Notes: generated from the letters alone by a model not told the origin. 64,000 nucleotides of DNA from Terriglobia bacterium (GCA_020073115.1 JAIQFU010000001.1:27374-91373), one strand, 5' to 3'; counted from the first letter of the stretch, positions 9,335 to 20,266 are shown. Translations and numbers: made by a program.

Positions 9335-10486
9335 TTAAGCCAGGGCGGCGAAAGCGCACACGGCTTCGATCACGGCCGCCTGCTCTTCCGGCGCCAGTTC
9401 CGGAAACACGGGCAGGCTCAACGCCTCGGCCGCCAACGCTTCCGCCACGAGGAGCGGGGGATACGGGCCGAATGCCGCGAAGCATTCCTGCCGGTGCAAA
9501 GGGACCGGGTAGTAGACCTCCGACGCGACACCCCGTTCCTGGAGGAAACGCTTGAGCGCATCCCGCGGGTTCCCGGCGCCGGCCCATCTTTTCCCGGGGC
9601 GGACCCGGAGCGTGTACTGATTCGAGATGTGCGTGCGGTCGGGGTGGATTTCCGGCGGGACGATATCCACCGCTTCCCCGCCCCGAAGCCTCGTGAATGC
9701 GCCGTTGTACAACGACGCATGCTCCTGGCGCTTCCGGGTGTATTCCGCCAGATGCGGCGCTTTGACATTCAGGAAGGCGGCCTGAAGGGCGTCGAGGCGG
9801 AAGTTCCCTCCAATCATGGCGTGAAAGTACTTGGGGTGCATGCCGTGATTGCGGAGTTGCCGGGCTTTCTCCGCCAGCGCCGCATCGTTCGTGAGCAGCA
9901 AGCCGGCGTCTCCCAGGGCACCCAGATTCTTCGATGGGAAAAAGCTGACGATCCCGAACTCGCCCCGGGCGCCCACGGGCCGGCCATGGTATTCCGCCCC
10001 GAAAGCCTGCGCGGCGTCCTCGATTACGGCCACCCCTGTTCGTCGCGCCAGCGCCAGAATGGGGTCGAGTTCCGCCGGTTGTCCGAACAGATGCACGGGG
10101 ATGATGGCCTTGGTCCGGGGCGTAATGAGGCGCTCGATTCCGCCGGCTTCGATATTGAAGCAGGCCGGGCAGGAGTCGGCGAACACCGGACGCGCTCCAA
10201 CCCGGGCGACGCATCCCGCCGTGGCGAAGAACGTGAATGCGGGGCAGATCACCTCGTCTCCCGGACCGATCCCGAGCGCCATCAGGGCCATCAGAATGGC
10301 GTCGGTACCCGAAGAGGCGCCTACGGCGAAACGCGCGCGTGCGGCCGCCGCCGCGGTTTGCTCGAACTCCTCCACTTCCTTCCCCAGGATGAACTGTCCG
10401 GACCTCAGGACCCGGCGGAAAGCGGCTTCCAGCGCAGTCTCGACGGGCAGGTTCTGCCGGCAGACGTCCAACAGCGGAATGTTCAT
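9335..10486 (-). CDS. DegT/DnrJ/EryC1/StrS-family PLP-dependent sugar aminotransferase
   Basis: Family-typical blocks GASSGTDAILMAL, IIPVHLFGQPA, IEDAAQAFGA and FFPSKNLGALGDAG (PLP lysine). Start set at the internal MNIPLLDV (ATG 10486) rather than the ORF-track start 10546. Confidence 0.9.
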   Translation of the reverse strand: MNIPLLDVCRQNLPVETALEAAFRRVLRSGQFILGKEVEEFEQTAAAAARARFAVGASSGTDAILMALMALGIGPGDEVICPAFTFFATAGCVARVGARPVFADSCPACFNIEAGGIERLITPRTKAIIPVHLFGQPAELDPILALARRTGVAVIEDAAQAFGAEYHGRPVGARGEFGIVSFFPSKNLGALGDAGLLLTNDAALAEKARQLRNHGMHPKYFHAMIGGNFRLDALQAAFLNVKAPHLAEYTRKRQEHASLYNGAFTRLRGGEAVDIVPPEIHPDRTHISNQYTLRVRPGKRWAGAGNPRDALKRFLQERGVASEVYYPVPLHRQECFAAFGPYPPLLVAEALAAEALSLPVFPELAPEEQAAVIEAVCAFAALA

Positions 10487-10550
10487 GGATTCCACATGAT
10501 AGCGAACGGCAGGCCGGAGGCTGCCGGGCATACCGCTGGGGTGCAAATAC

Positions 10551-10656
10551 CACGCAGGACGATCCGTGAAAGGGCAAAGCGGGTACAGGCACGAAGTTTC
10601 GCAAAGACGGCGAAATTCGAGCCAGTCCCCGCTTTGCAGCCTGTGCCGTTGGAATC
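10551..10656 (+). repeat. family-1 structured intergenic repeat, copy A
   Basis: Near-identical to the reverse complement of 23882-23990 and 32049-32150 and to the units at 41024-41197. Core gatccgtgaaagggcaaagcgggtacaggcacgaagtttcgcaaagacggcgaaattcgagccagtccccgctttgcagcc. Confidence 0.85.
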
Positions 10657-10796
10657 CAAACCCGGTTTCAGGATCATTCTTCGATTGGAAAATGCTCCGG
10701 TGGTCGTTTTGGGCGATTCCCTACCGTTCCGTAGGACCCAGACGGACCCACACTACTGGCGAGCTGTAAGCCCACAGAATCGATCCGAGCAGTGGG

Positions 10797-13700
10797 TTAG
10801 CGCCGCCCTGGCTGCGTCTGTTCAGTCAAAAGGATGTCGCCGGTCTCCGACAGGTACTCGATCCGCACCACATAGGTCCCCTGCCGCGGATCCACGTCGA
10901 CGGCGCAACCCGTAGACCGGCATTCGGTAGTCTCCACCCGGCCGCTGGGCGCGACGGCCAGGATCCGCGCCCGGGTGGCGCCGCGGATCCGCCGCAGGTC
11001 GATTTTGACCGATCCGGTGGCGCCTCCCGCCTGCAGCCCGCCCACGCGGTACGCCGGCCACGCCGAGAGCGCGCTGAAGCCGAAGAACATTCCGAAGTAC
11101 TTGGGGGCTTTTCCGGTCGGCGGCGCGCCAATCATGTACCAGCCGCAGCCGTCGTCCAGCGAATCGATGTAATAACCGTCGGGGTTCGGCCCCCCGGTCC
11201 CCGGTTTGGAGAACATGGCGGAGTAGAGCGTATCGGCGAAGGTTTTCAGCCCCGAATCTCCGCTATAGGCGTATGCCGCCATGATGCCGCGCAGCGCTTC
11301 GGCGTTCAGAACGCGCGCATCCCCCACGCTGTTGCCGCCGGTGCAGAACGTATTGGAGTCCGCAATGGGAGCCTGGCAGTTCACGTACTGCGCGCCGTAG
11401 TACAAGCCCTTCCGGAGCGGCCAGTAGCCATAGGTCTTGATCCAGTTCGCGGCGGCCACGTTGTAATTGTGGGCCACGGCCGAGTTGGCCGGATCGCTGT
11501 CGGCGATGGATTTGGCCGCCAGGTCGAAGGCGGCGGACAGGATCCCCATCATGTACGGCTGCGATCCCCAGCCGAGCAGCCCGGCCGAACCGCCGGAGCC
11601 CAGCGCCCAGCCGTGGACGCCGCTCGCGCCTTCGTACGGCCGGTCCAGCTTGATATGCGTCGCATCGACGAAAGTGGGCGTGTAATACGCCCGGTCTCCC
11701 CCGGAGTTGTCGGGCGGCCGGCTGGAAGCGGCATTGGTGAACCAGATGGGGTACCCCCCCAACTGGCCCGCGCTCCAGTTCGTCCCGTTGCCCACCACGT
11801 CTCTCGACCCGTTGGTCAGGGTCGCGCTGCTTCCCGAGTCCCAGGAGGAAGATCCGGAATATAACTGCGGCCAACTCCCGTCCGCCGCCTTGAACGGGGT
11901 CCAGAGGCGGGCGAATGAGTTGCTCACCGAAGCCTTGCAATTCGCGCGATACGTGGGGTCCGTGTCGTATAGGGCGCAGTAGGAAACCATGGCCAGGTGA
12001 TACGCCTCCTCGCGCAGGTCCCACATCCCCGGGCCCCAGGAGACGTCCACCCAGTTGAGGTAGTAGCCCATGAACGTATCCCAGAGCTTGTGGAAGCCGG
12101 TCCACATCTCGGGCTTCCCGTCCAGCGCCCGGAGCACCAGCCCCATGGTGGATTGGGAGCGCGCCGGGAAACAGTTCCCGGGGCCGTCCAGGACGCAAGC
12201 GGCCCCGCGGTCGATCTGCGGGCTCACCCAGAACCGGTCCGCCAGCTTACGCGCGGCAGTCAGGTAGTCGTCGATGCCGCTGCGGTAATACAGGGCGTAG
12301 AACGCGGCCACGTTGTCATAGTAATTCGCCGGCGCGGAGCCGTAATTCCACGTGCCGGAAACGGCGGAGTCGCTGTACGAATAGTTCAGGCCGGAGCCAC
12401 CGGAAACGTCGTTCTTCCACGGCGCGTTGAGGGTAAGCTGCGCGTCGCTCTGACAACTGGAAACCCACCATTGTCTCCGGCCGGTCTGCCCGGCAACTCC
12501 AGTGGGGTACCACACGATCATGGAGGCGCCGGACTTCGGCTGAGCCGGGTTCGCCGGTCCCTGGCAGAACGTCGTGGTAAACGAGGTCCCTGCGCCATTG
12601 ACCGCGGCGCTGTCGGCCGTGACCGTGATCGTCCCCGGCCCGGCGCTGTCCCAGTACGCGCCGTAGTACGAGTCCAGGTCGGCGATTTGGGCGTCGGCCG
12701 TGGCCTTGTGCCGGTCGTCGAACCACGGCCACGGGTTTGCGCCGAAACGGATCATCGGTCCGAGGAGCGTATCCACGGCGGGATTGTTCGTGATCACTAC
12801 GCCGTTGTCGTCCGACGCCGCCGCGCCATGTTTAACCGTGCACGCGGCGGATTGGCCGCCGGCGTCGGTAACGGTCAGCCGGAAAACGTAGCTGCCGAAA
12901 ACCAGTCCGGTTGCGGAGGGCTGCGCCGCCGTTCTGCTCGACCACATCGCGGTGGAGGGACCGGAGACCTGTTGCCAGGCGAATGTCAGGGCGCTGCCGC
13001 CGTCCAGCGGATAGGACCCGGAGCCGTCCAGTTGGGCCGGGAACCCGGCGCGGAATACTTGCTGACGTCCCGCGGAGCACACGGGCGCGAATACCGGCGA
13101 AGGCATGTACAGCACGCCTCCCATCCCGGAGGCGCCGGCGATGGGCGCGAACTGCAGCGGACCCACGGTGACCGCGTAGCCCCCCGATGCCTGGTTCGCC
13201 ATCCCGCCTTCGAAACGCCAATCGGCGAGATCGGCCGGCGTCCCTTCGCCCAGCGCCCCGCTGCCGGACGGGACCACGGACGAGTGCCATTTGATCCAGG
13301 CAAGCCTCACGTTGGCGTTGGCGTCGCCGATACCGCCGGAGCCGGCCCAGGAACGCACGTTGACCGTGGTGATCGGGCAGGGGAACGTATTCCGGTACGT
13401 GTCCCCGTTCTGCTTCGTGCCGCAGTACGTTGCGGCGGCCCAATCCCCGGCCGTGCCGCGCACCTCGTACTCCAGGAGTTTGTTCGCCGTATCCCGCTGC
13501 ACCCGGAGCGTGACATCGGATCTGCCGTTGATATCGGCGCACATCGTCCCGCCATAGTCCGGCAGGGCGTCGATCTCGTCCGAGGCGCATAACTCGCCGT
13601 TCGTCCGGAGTTGGATGGCGAACCCGGCGTTCCAGAATATCGTGGCGTTGGCGGCAGGCGTCCGCCAACCATGGAGACGAAGCTCCAGCCGGGTATCTCC

Positions 13701-13892
13701 GAGCGAGGTGAACGGCGGCGCCGCCGGCGTTCGAATCGCAGCAGTCGTCCCCGGAACGAGCGTCAGGGATTCGTTTGCAGACAGTCTGCCGCCGGCAAAA
13801 GCGGCGCAAAAATACAGGGCTGCCGATGCCGTGAAACGTGGCGCGCGCATCGCGGTTCTCATTGGACCGTTTCCACTCTCTCTTCGCTGCAA
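10797..13892 (-). CDS. large secreted protein (1031 aa), N-terminal lectin/LamG-like and PKD-like regions plus large W/Y/G-rich domain; possible polysaccharide-active enzyme
   Basis: Signal-like MRAPRFTASAALYFCAAFAGG. PKD-like segment LTFAWQQVSGPS...FRLTVTDAGGQSAACTV. Co-oriented directly downstream of the S8 protease gene. The functional call is weak. Confidence 0.7.
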   Translation of the reverse strand: MQRRESGNGPMRTAMRAPRFTASAALYFCAAFAGGRLSANESLTLVPGTTAAIRTPAAPPFTSLGDTRLELRLHGWRTPAANATIFWNAGFAIQLRTNGELCASDEIDALPDYGGTMCADINGRSDVTLRVQRDTANKLLEYEVRGTAGDWAAATYCGTKQNGDTYRNTFPCPITTVNVRSWAGSGGIGDANANVRLAWIKWHSSVVPSGSGALGEGTPADLADWRFEGGMANQASGGYAVTVGPLQFAPIAGASGMGGVLYMPSPVFAPVCSAGRQQVFRAGFPAQLDGSGSYPLDGGSALTFAWQQVSGPSTAMWSSRTAAQPSATGLVFGSYVFRLTVTDAGGQSAACTVKHGAAASDDNGVVITNNPAVDTLLGPMIRFGANPWPWFDDRHKATADAQIADLDSYYGAYWDSAGPGTITVTADSAAVNGAGTSFTTTFCQGPANPAQPKSGASMIVWYPTGVAGQTGRRQWWVSSCQSDAQLTLNAPWKNDVSGGSGLNYSYSDSAVSGTWNYGSAPANYYDNVAAFYALYYRSGIDDYLTAARKLADRFWVSPQIDRGAACVLDGPGNCFPARSQSTMGLVLRALDGKPEMWTGFHKLWDTFMGYYLNWVDVSWGPGMWDLREEAYHLAMVSYCALYDTDPTYRANCKASVSNSFARLWTPFKAADGSWPQLYSGSSSWDSGSSATLTNGSRDVVGNGTNWSAGQLGGYPIWFTNAASSRPPDNSGGDRAYYTPTFVDATHIKLDRPYEGASGVHGWALGSGGSAGLLGWGSQPYMMGILSAAFDLAAKSIADSDPANSAVAHNYNVAAANWIKTYGYWPLRKGLYYGAQYVNCQAPIADSNTFCTGGNSVGDARVLNAEALRGIMAAYAYSGDSGLKTFADTLYSAMFSKPGTGGPNPDGYYIDSLDDGCGWYMIGAPPTGKAPKYFGMFFGFSALSAWPAYRVGGLQAGGATGSVKIDLRRIRGATRARILAVAPSGRVETTECRSTGCAVDVDPRQGTYVVRIEYLSETGDILLTEQTQPGRR

Positions 13893-13958
13893 GCTTCCGA
13901 TTTGTCGTGCCGCGGAGCACTGCCGAGCCGCACGCCGGCTGGCGGGTGTGGCCGGCTG

Positions 13959-16379
13959 CTATTGCCGCCGCGGGACCGGTCCGCCGGAGCGGCCGGAACC
14001 GGGTAAACCGGGACGGAACGCCGCGCCGGCCGGGCCGGACGGCGCACCGCCCGCGAGGATCTCAATGGCGTTCACCATCGGCCAATTGGCGGACCCGGGC
14101 GTGAAGGCGATATCGATCTGTCCGTTGGACACCGTCACTGGAAAAGTCTTGTCGAGCGCCAGGAAGCCCCCGCCCGCCTGCGCAAAAATATCGAAGCCGG
14201 CCAGCACGGAGGCGCCGTTGATGCCTACGTCGAATATGCGCGCGCCCACGCCGAATTGCGAGGTCTCCGAAAATCTCAGCGTCACCACATACCAACCGTT
14301 GGGGACCGCAAACTGGTAGCTGAAGGCGCCCCACCGCTGCGTCTGGTAGAGAGGCTGAGCGGCCGTGTTGGAAACCGGCTGTGCAGTAGCCCACGACGAC
14401 CCGCCGGAAGAGCCGTAATCGGCGCTCCAGAGTTTCCCCGACGCATCGCTATAACTATCTCCTCCGGCGTTTACGCGGATCGGCGAGAACGCCGGAACGC
14501 CGGCGGCCACAATTTGAATGCCGTTGACCTCCGGCCAATTGACGGCTCCGGGCGTGAACGCGATGTTGATCTGTCCGTTGGACACCGTCACTGGAAAAGT
14601 CTTGTCGAGCGCCAGGAAGCCCCCGCCCGCCTGCGCAAAAATATCGAAATGGGCCAGCGCGGGTGCGCCGTTGAGGGCCACATCGAATACCCTCGCGCCC
14701 ACGCCGAACTGCGAGATCTCCGAGAATTTCAGCGTGACAAGGTACGACCCGTTCGGAACCGTAAACCCATAGCTGAACGCGCCCCACCGCTGGCTCTGGT
14801 AAAGGGCCGGGGCGGCCGTGCCGGCGACGCCCTGCGACGTGCTCCATGTCGAGCCGCCGGAAAAACCCGTATCGGCGCTCCAGGTCTGCCCCTGCGCATC
14901 GACGTACGCCGGCCCCCCGGCATTGATGCGAACGGGCTTGAAAACCGGCGGTTCCGGCGGCGCGGCTGGCGCATTCAGCGTGATCGCCGCAGTCCCGCGC
15001 GCGCCGGGCACGGACGCGCTGATCGTGACGCTCTGGGTGGAAGCGATGCCCGCCGGCGCCGTGTACAGGCCGGTGGAGGAAATCGAGCCGGTCACGGGAC
15101 TGAGAGACCACGTCACCGGCGCCGTGGTTCCCTCAACCGTGGCGGTCAACTGCTGGGTCTGCCCCGGACTGAGAGCGGCGCTCTGCGGAGTCACCGAAAC
15201 CGTGATCGACGGCGGTAGCGCAGCCAGAACCGTTCTGTAGGCGTTGACCCGTCCCCAACCGAAATACGGGTCGAAACCGCCGGCGCCGAGGTCGTCCGCA
15301 TTCTTTTCGAGCAGGTTCACTAAATCCGTGTTGGACAATGCGGGATTGACCGAAAGAGCCAGGGCCGCTATTCCCGCCGCAATCGGCGAGGCGAAGGATG
15401 TTCCAAACCAATACCCGTAGCCGCCCCCCATCACCGGAGCGAAAATGTTGGCCCCCGGCGCCGAGAGGGCGACCCAGGGACCGAAATTCGAGAAACTCGC
15501 GAGAGCGCCGCTGCTGTCGGTCGCGCTCACCGCCACGGCGTGGTTGCACGCCGCCGGGTAATAAGGCGTCGAAGAGCCGGTGTTCATGGCCGCAGCGAAG
15601 ACGATCGCACCCTTGCTCCAGGCGTAATCGACCGCGTCCTGCAATGCGGCGGACGCGTTCGTTCCGCCGATGCTCACGTTGATAATGCGCACGCCATGGT
15701 CGGCCGCATACTCTATCGCCGCCGCGATGTTCGAGTATGCAGCGAAATCGTCGGCGTCCACCACAGCCAGCGGCATGATCCCGCTGCCCCAGCTCACGCC
15801 GGCGCCGCCGGCTCCGTTGTTCGATGACGCCGCCGCCGTTCCCGCCACCGCCGTCCCGTGCCCCAATACGTCGGCCGTATCGGCGCTGCCCGTGAGAAAA
15901 TTCCAGCCCGGCACAAGTTTCGACGCCAGGTCCGGATGCGTGGCATCCACGCCCGAATCGACGATGGCCACGACCACCGAAGCCGCGCCCGTCGTGATGT
16001 CCCAGGCCTGCGGGAGTCGAAGCGACGGCACATACCATTGCTGGGAATACCAGGGATCGTTGGGAACGTTCGCCGTATGGGCGTAGTAGTCGCGTTCGAC
16101 GTACTCGAACAGCCCGGTCGCCGCGAGCGATTTCATAATCGCCGCGCTGGATTCCTCGGGGACCTCTACGACGCTCGCGCCCGTCCCCGAAATCCGCGTC
16201 CGGGCCGCCGCGCGGTGTAGCGCCAACGCCTGCCGGATCGCGCCCGCATCCGCGGCGCCCCGCGGCCGGGCCAGCAAACGTCCCGGTACGTATTCCTGCG
16301 CCGCCATTGGCCGGATTATGCAGGAAATTCCGATTAATAGACCGAAAGTTCTTATGGTCGTCCGCAATGGCCGTAACAC
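13959..16379 (-). CDS. secreted subtilisin-family (S8) serine peptidase with two C-terminal malectin-like carbohydrate-binding domains
   Basis: Catalytic motifs VAIVDSGVD, HGTAVAGTAAA and GTSFASPIAAG. Two repeats of about 145 aa start (V/I)R(I/V)NAGG..Y.DA.G..WSAD and end ...FTPG..NWP.VN.I.I. Signal-like N-terminus. Confidence 0.9.
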   Translation of the reverse strand: MLRPLRTTIRTFGLLIGISCIIRPMAAQEYVPGRLLARPRGAADAGAIRQALALHRAAARTRISGTGASVVEVPEESSAAIMKSLAATGLFEYVERDYYAHTANVPNDPWYSQQWYVPSLRLPQAWDITTGAASVVVAIVDSGVDATHPDLASKLVPGWNFLTGSADTADVLGHGTAVAGTAAASSNNGAGGAGVSWGSGIMPLAVVDADDFAAYSNIAAAIEYAADHGVRIINVSIGGTNASAALQDAVDYAWSKGAIVFAAAMNTGSSTPYYPAACNHAVAVSATDSSGALASFSNFGPWVALSAPGANIFAPVMGGGYGYWFGTSFASPIAAGIAALALSVNPALSNTDLVNLLEKNADDLGAGGFDPYFGWGRVNAYRTVLAALPPSITVSVTPQSAALSPGQTQQLTATVEGTTAPVTWSLSPVTGSISSTGLYTAPAGIASTQSVTISASVPGARGTAAITLNAPAAPPEPPVFKPVRINAGGPAYVDAQGQTWSADTGFSGGSTWSTSQGVAGTAAPALYQSQRWGAFSYGFTVPNGSYLVTLKFSEISQFGVGARVFDVALNGAPALAHFDIFAQAGGGFLALDKTFPVTVSNGQINIAFTPGAVNWPEVNGIQIVAAGVPAFSPIRVNAGGDSYSDASGKLWSADYGSSGGSSWATAQPVSNTAAQPLYQTQRWGAFSYQFAVPNGWYVVTLRFSETSQFGVGARIFDVGINGASVLAGFDIFAQAGGGFLALDKTFPVTVSNGQIDIAFTPGSANWPMVNAIEILAGGAPSGPAGAAFRPGLPGSGRSGGPVPRRQ

Positions 16380-16442
16380 GCCGATCGCCGCCCTCCCGGG
16401 CGAGATGAAACCGGCCCTGATTCCTCAAAATCAGAGCTAAAT

Positions 16443-16470
16443 CAGGCGCATAAGAGGACTTATGCGCCTG
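16443..16470 (-). promoter_or_regulatory. perfect 12-bp stem hairpin in the leader of the S8 peptidase operon (or terminator of the upstream gmhB operon)
   Basis: caggcgcataag-agga-cttatgcgcctg. It lies between the AT-rich stretch 16500-16660 and the start at 16379. Confidence 0.35.
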
Positions 16471-16754
16471 AGACGCCGCGCTGGACGGGAGCCGGAACAG
16501 GAACCTGAGAAAGGAGCAGATGAGTTTGAATGTGTACTAAACATCACAACCGGCGCCGAAAACTAACATAAAAGGGATATTGAATGATGTCAATGTTTTC
16601 TAAAGGTTAATCTTTTTGATTTCTACCTTTATGGGACTTTAGTTTTGGAAGTACTGGATCGACGCCCACGTGCGGAGCACCGTAAAATCAGGCGCGCAGC
16701 GCGTGTTGGGGCCGGGCATGCCCGGCCCGGACGGAGGGAAAACAACTCGAATCG

Positions 16755-16818
16755 GCCCCGGGGAAACGCAAATAAGAACTCTTTTTCTTATCCGTGTTTA
16801 TCCGTGTTCATCCGTGGC
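16755..16818. repeat. degenerate copy of the ATCCGTGTTCATCCGTGGC palindromic repeat family directly downstream of gmhB
   Basis: The right arm ttatccgtgtttatccgtgttcatccgtggc is intact (16788-16818). The left arm gccccggggaaacgcaaataag is decayed. Confidence 0.4.
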
Positions 16819-16821
16819 TAA

Positions 16822-17355
16822 TTATTTCGCTCGGTTTTCCCGAAGTATCCATTCCGCGGCTGCGGGAAAATCGGGGGCCGTATAATCCGGGGCGCAGCGT
16901 TGTTCGGCCCCATAGCCCGTGAGCGCCAGGATCGTCCGCGTTCCGGCGCGGTGGCCGCATTCGATGTCGGCGCTCTTGTCGCCCACGAAATACGACGCCG
17001 CAAGATCCACGCCATGCTCCGCCGCCGCTTCCAGCACCATGCCCGGCTGGGGCTTTCGCCGGGTCGAACCTTCTCCGGGCCGGTCGGGGCAGAAGTAGGA
17101 TGCATCGATGATGCCCGGCCCGATCTGCCGGAGCAGCTCGTCCTGCACCGCCCGATACTGCGCTTCCGTAATCAGGCCGCGCCCGATTCCGCTCTGGTTG
17201 GTGATGACGAACAACCGGAAGCCGGCCTCGCGCAGCTTTCGCAGCGCTTGAGGGACGCCTGGAAAGACCCGCACGTCGGCCGGGTCGCCGCAGTAGTGCA
17301 CTTCCTCCATGAGCGTGCCGTCGCGGTCGAGAAAGACCGCCCGGGCGCCACTCAT
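16822..17355 (-). CDS. gmhB: D-glycero-D-manno-heptose 1,7-bisphosphate phosphatase (HAD family, GmhB-like)
   Basis: 177 aa from [15 protein letters not shown]. Motifs DRDGT, ITNQSGIGRG, RRKPQPGM and VGDKSAD. The start overlaps the stop of the upstream kinase gene (ATGA at 17352-17355). The 480-aa ORF-track version is an antisense extension. Confidence 0.85.
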   Translation of the reverse strand: MSGARAVFLDRDGTLMEEVHYCGDPADVRVFPGVPQALRKLREAGFRLFVITNQSGIGRGLITEAQYRAVQDELLRQIGPGIIDASYFCPDRPGEGSTRRKPQPGMVLEAAAEHGVDLAASYFVGDKSADIECGHRAGTRTILALTGYGAEQRCAPDYTAPDFPAAAEWILRENRAK

Positions 17356-18368
17356 ACCGCGCCGCAGGCGGCCCGGAGCTCGGCCGCGGTGACGGTGGCG
17401 GTGCCGACTTTCCCGACCACGATTCCGCCGGCGCAATTGGCCATTTCGGCCGCCTCCGCGGGCGTGGCGCCGGCGGCCAGCGCGAGTGTGAGGACCGCGA
17501 TGGCCGTGTCCCCCGCGCCGGAAACGTCGAACACCTCCTGCGCGCGCGCCGGCGTGTGATGGGGCGGCGAACCGGAGCGCAGGAGCAGCATCCCCTGCTC
17601 GCCCAGGGTGATCAGCACGCTCCCGGCTTCCCACGTCTCGAGCAGCCTCTTCCCTGCCCCGAGCAGCGCCGCGTCCGACAACACCGGCTCTACGGGATCG
17701 GTTGGCGGCAAGGCGGCGGCCAGAAAAGCCTCGGCGCGGTTCGGCTTCACAACCGTGGCGCCGCGCCATCGCAGCGAGGTATGCGGATGCGGGTCCACCG
17801 TGAGAATCTTGCCGTGGGCCCGCGCCGCCCGGCAGATGTGGTCCGCAAACGCCTGCGTGAGAAATCCCTTCCCGTAATCGGCCACTACGATGGCGTCCAT
17901 TTCTGCAATGGCTCGATCCAGGAGCCGCACCGCCGTTTCGGCCTGTCCGGCCGGCAGCGGAGCCTTGCGTTCGCGATCCACCCGCACCACTTGCTGATGG
18001 CGCGCAATGATGCGGGTCTTTACGGTAGTGGAGTATGCCGGGTCGCGCAGCACCGCCGACGTATCGATTTGCGCGCGCTCCAGCAGTTCCACCAGCCTCT
18101 CTCCCGCCGAATCCCTCCCCGCCAGCCCCATCACCGCCACGCGGGGCGTGAACTCCCTGACATTGCGCGCCACGTTCGCGGCGCCCCCGGGATAGTACGA
18201 TTCCGCCGTCACATCGACCACCGGAACCGGCGCTTCCGGCGAGATGCGCGAGACCTTCCCCCATAGGAACTCATCCAGCATGAGGTCGCCGATTACCAGG
18301 ATGCGCTGCGCCTGGAAGCCGGCGATCAGCGCGGAGGAGCGGTCCGGATCTGCGCTGGGGGCGGGCAC
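17352..18368 (-). CDS. hldA: D-beta-D-heptose 7-phosphate kinase (RfaE/HldE domain I only, PfkB family)
   Basis: [31 protein letters not shown] and C-terminal DVSGAGDTA. No adenylyltransferase domain. Start proposed at GTG 18368, because the ORF-track N-terminus would overlap the divergent gene starting at 18409. Confidence 0.8.
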   Translation of the reverse strand: MPAPSADPDRSSALIAGFQAQRILVIGDLMLDEFLWGKVSRISPEAPVPVVDVTAESYYPGGAANVARNVREFTPRVAVMGLAGRDSAGERLVELLERAQIDTSAVLRDPAYSTTVKTRIIARHQQVVRVDRERKAPLPAGQAETAVRLLDRAIAEMDAIVVADYGKGFLTQAFADHICRAARAHGKILTVDPHPHTSLRWRGATVVKPNRAEAFLAAALPPTDPVEPVLSDAALLGAGKRLLETWEAGSVLITLGEQGMLLLRSGSPPHHTPARAQEVFDVSGAGDTAIAVLTLALAAGATPAEAAEMANCAGGIVVGKVGTATVTAAELRAACGAV

Positions 18369-18408
18369 GATTGGAATTGAAGAGTGTAGCAAACATATAA
18401 TTGCGTTA

Positions 18409-19476
<1,068 letters not shown>

Positions 19477-19477
19477 C

Positions 19478-20266
19478 GTGAAAAAAACGCCGGCCCCGCC
19501 TGCCCAGGAACTGCTCCAGTTGCTTTCGGTGGTGATTCCCTGCCGCAACGAGCAGGACGCCGTCCCTTCGACGCTCGAGCACCTGCACCTGGAATTGCGC
19601 CTGCACAACGTCCCCCACGAAATCGTGGCCGTGGACGATGGCAGCACGGACGCTACCTGGGAGGTCCTCGAAAAACTACACGCGCGCGTGCCCACCCTGA
19701 ACCCCGTCCGCAATACCGGAGAACACGGTTACGGCCGGGCCGTGGTCCGCGGCATCGAGCACAGCCGCGGCGACGCCGTGGTGATCATGATGGCGGATGA
19801 GTCGGACGACTGCCGCGACGTGGTCCGCTACTGGGAACTGCTCGGCGAGGGTTGGGACGCGGTCTTCGGGTCGCGCTTCGTCCGGGGCGGCGGCGTCATC
19901 GACTATCCCCCGCACAAACTGCTGATCAACCGCCTGGCGAACCTGTTTCTGCGCTTCCTGTTCCGCATCCCGCTGAACGATTTCACCAACGCCTTCAAAG
20001 CCTACCGCCGGGCTGCGCTCGACGGCTGCCGGCCCTTCCTGTCGCCGCACTTCAACCTCACCGTGGAACTGCCGCTGAAGATCGCGGTCCGCGGCTACTC
20101 CTGGACCACCATGCCGATCACCTGGCGCAACCGGCGCACGGGCATGTCGAAGCTCAAGATCAGGGAAATGGGCAGCCGCTACCTCTTCATCGCCCTCTAC
20201 TGCTGGCTGGAGAAATACTTCAGCCGCGGCGACTACACGAAGAAAAGCCAATCCATGTCGGCGTGA
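19478..20266 (+). CDS. family 2 glycosyltransferase, polyprenyl-phosphate sugar synthase (DPM1/Ppm1)-like
   Basis: 262 aa. Motifs VVIPCRNE, VAVDDGSTDAT, GYGRAV and FGSRF. GTG start 1 nt after the epimerase stop. Confidence 0.8.
   Translation: MKKTPAPPAQELLQLLSVVIPCRNEQDAVPSTLEHLHLELRLHNVPHEIVAVDDGSTDATWEVLEKLHARVPTLNPVRNTGEHGYGRAVVRGIEHSRGDAVVIMMADESDDCRDVVRYWELLGEGWDAVFGSRFVRGGGVIDYPPHKLLINRLANLFLRFLFRIPLNDFTNAFKAYRRAALDGCRPFLSPHFNLTVELPLKIAVRGYSWTTMPITWRNRRTGMSKLKIREMGSRYLFIALYCWLEKYFSRGDYTKKSQSMSA

Noticed and set aside
8991-10604. 537-aa ORF antisense to the DegT aminotransferase and the GT2 3' end
   Set aside because: Extremely R/G/P-rich with no recognisable motifs. It fully overlaps a gene with clear family signatures on the other strand, so it is a typical GC-rich shadow ORF.
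10571-10651. GGGCAAACC and CGCAAAG words in the family-1 repeat are reminiscent of c-di-GMP-I (GEMM) riboswitch motifs
   Set aside because: Every copy sits downstream of a gene or points into the 3' end of a convergent gene rather than lying in a 5' leader. The element folds as one long near-palindromic hairpin rather than the two-helix GEMM architecture. An Infernal scan would settle it.
10566-10769. Small ORFs encoding KGQTGYRHEVSQRRRNSSQSPLCS-like peptides (also within 23304-24020, 31933-32451 and 41003-41251)
   Set aside because: The shared peptide is simply the translation of the family-1 DNA repeat in one frame. The copies differ in flanking frame and have no start or RBS context.
16822-18264. 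480-aa ORF-track version of the gmhB gene
   Set aside because: Only the last 177 codons show HAD/GmhB motifs. The upstream 300 codons are G/R-rich and overlap the heptose kinase gene out of frame. The internal ATG at 17355 overlaps the kinase stop (ATGA).
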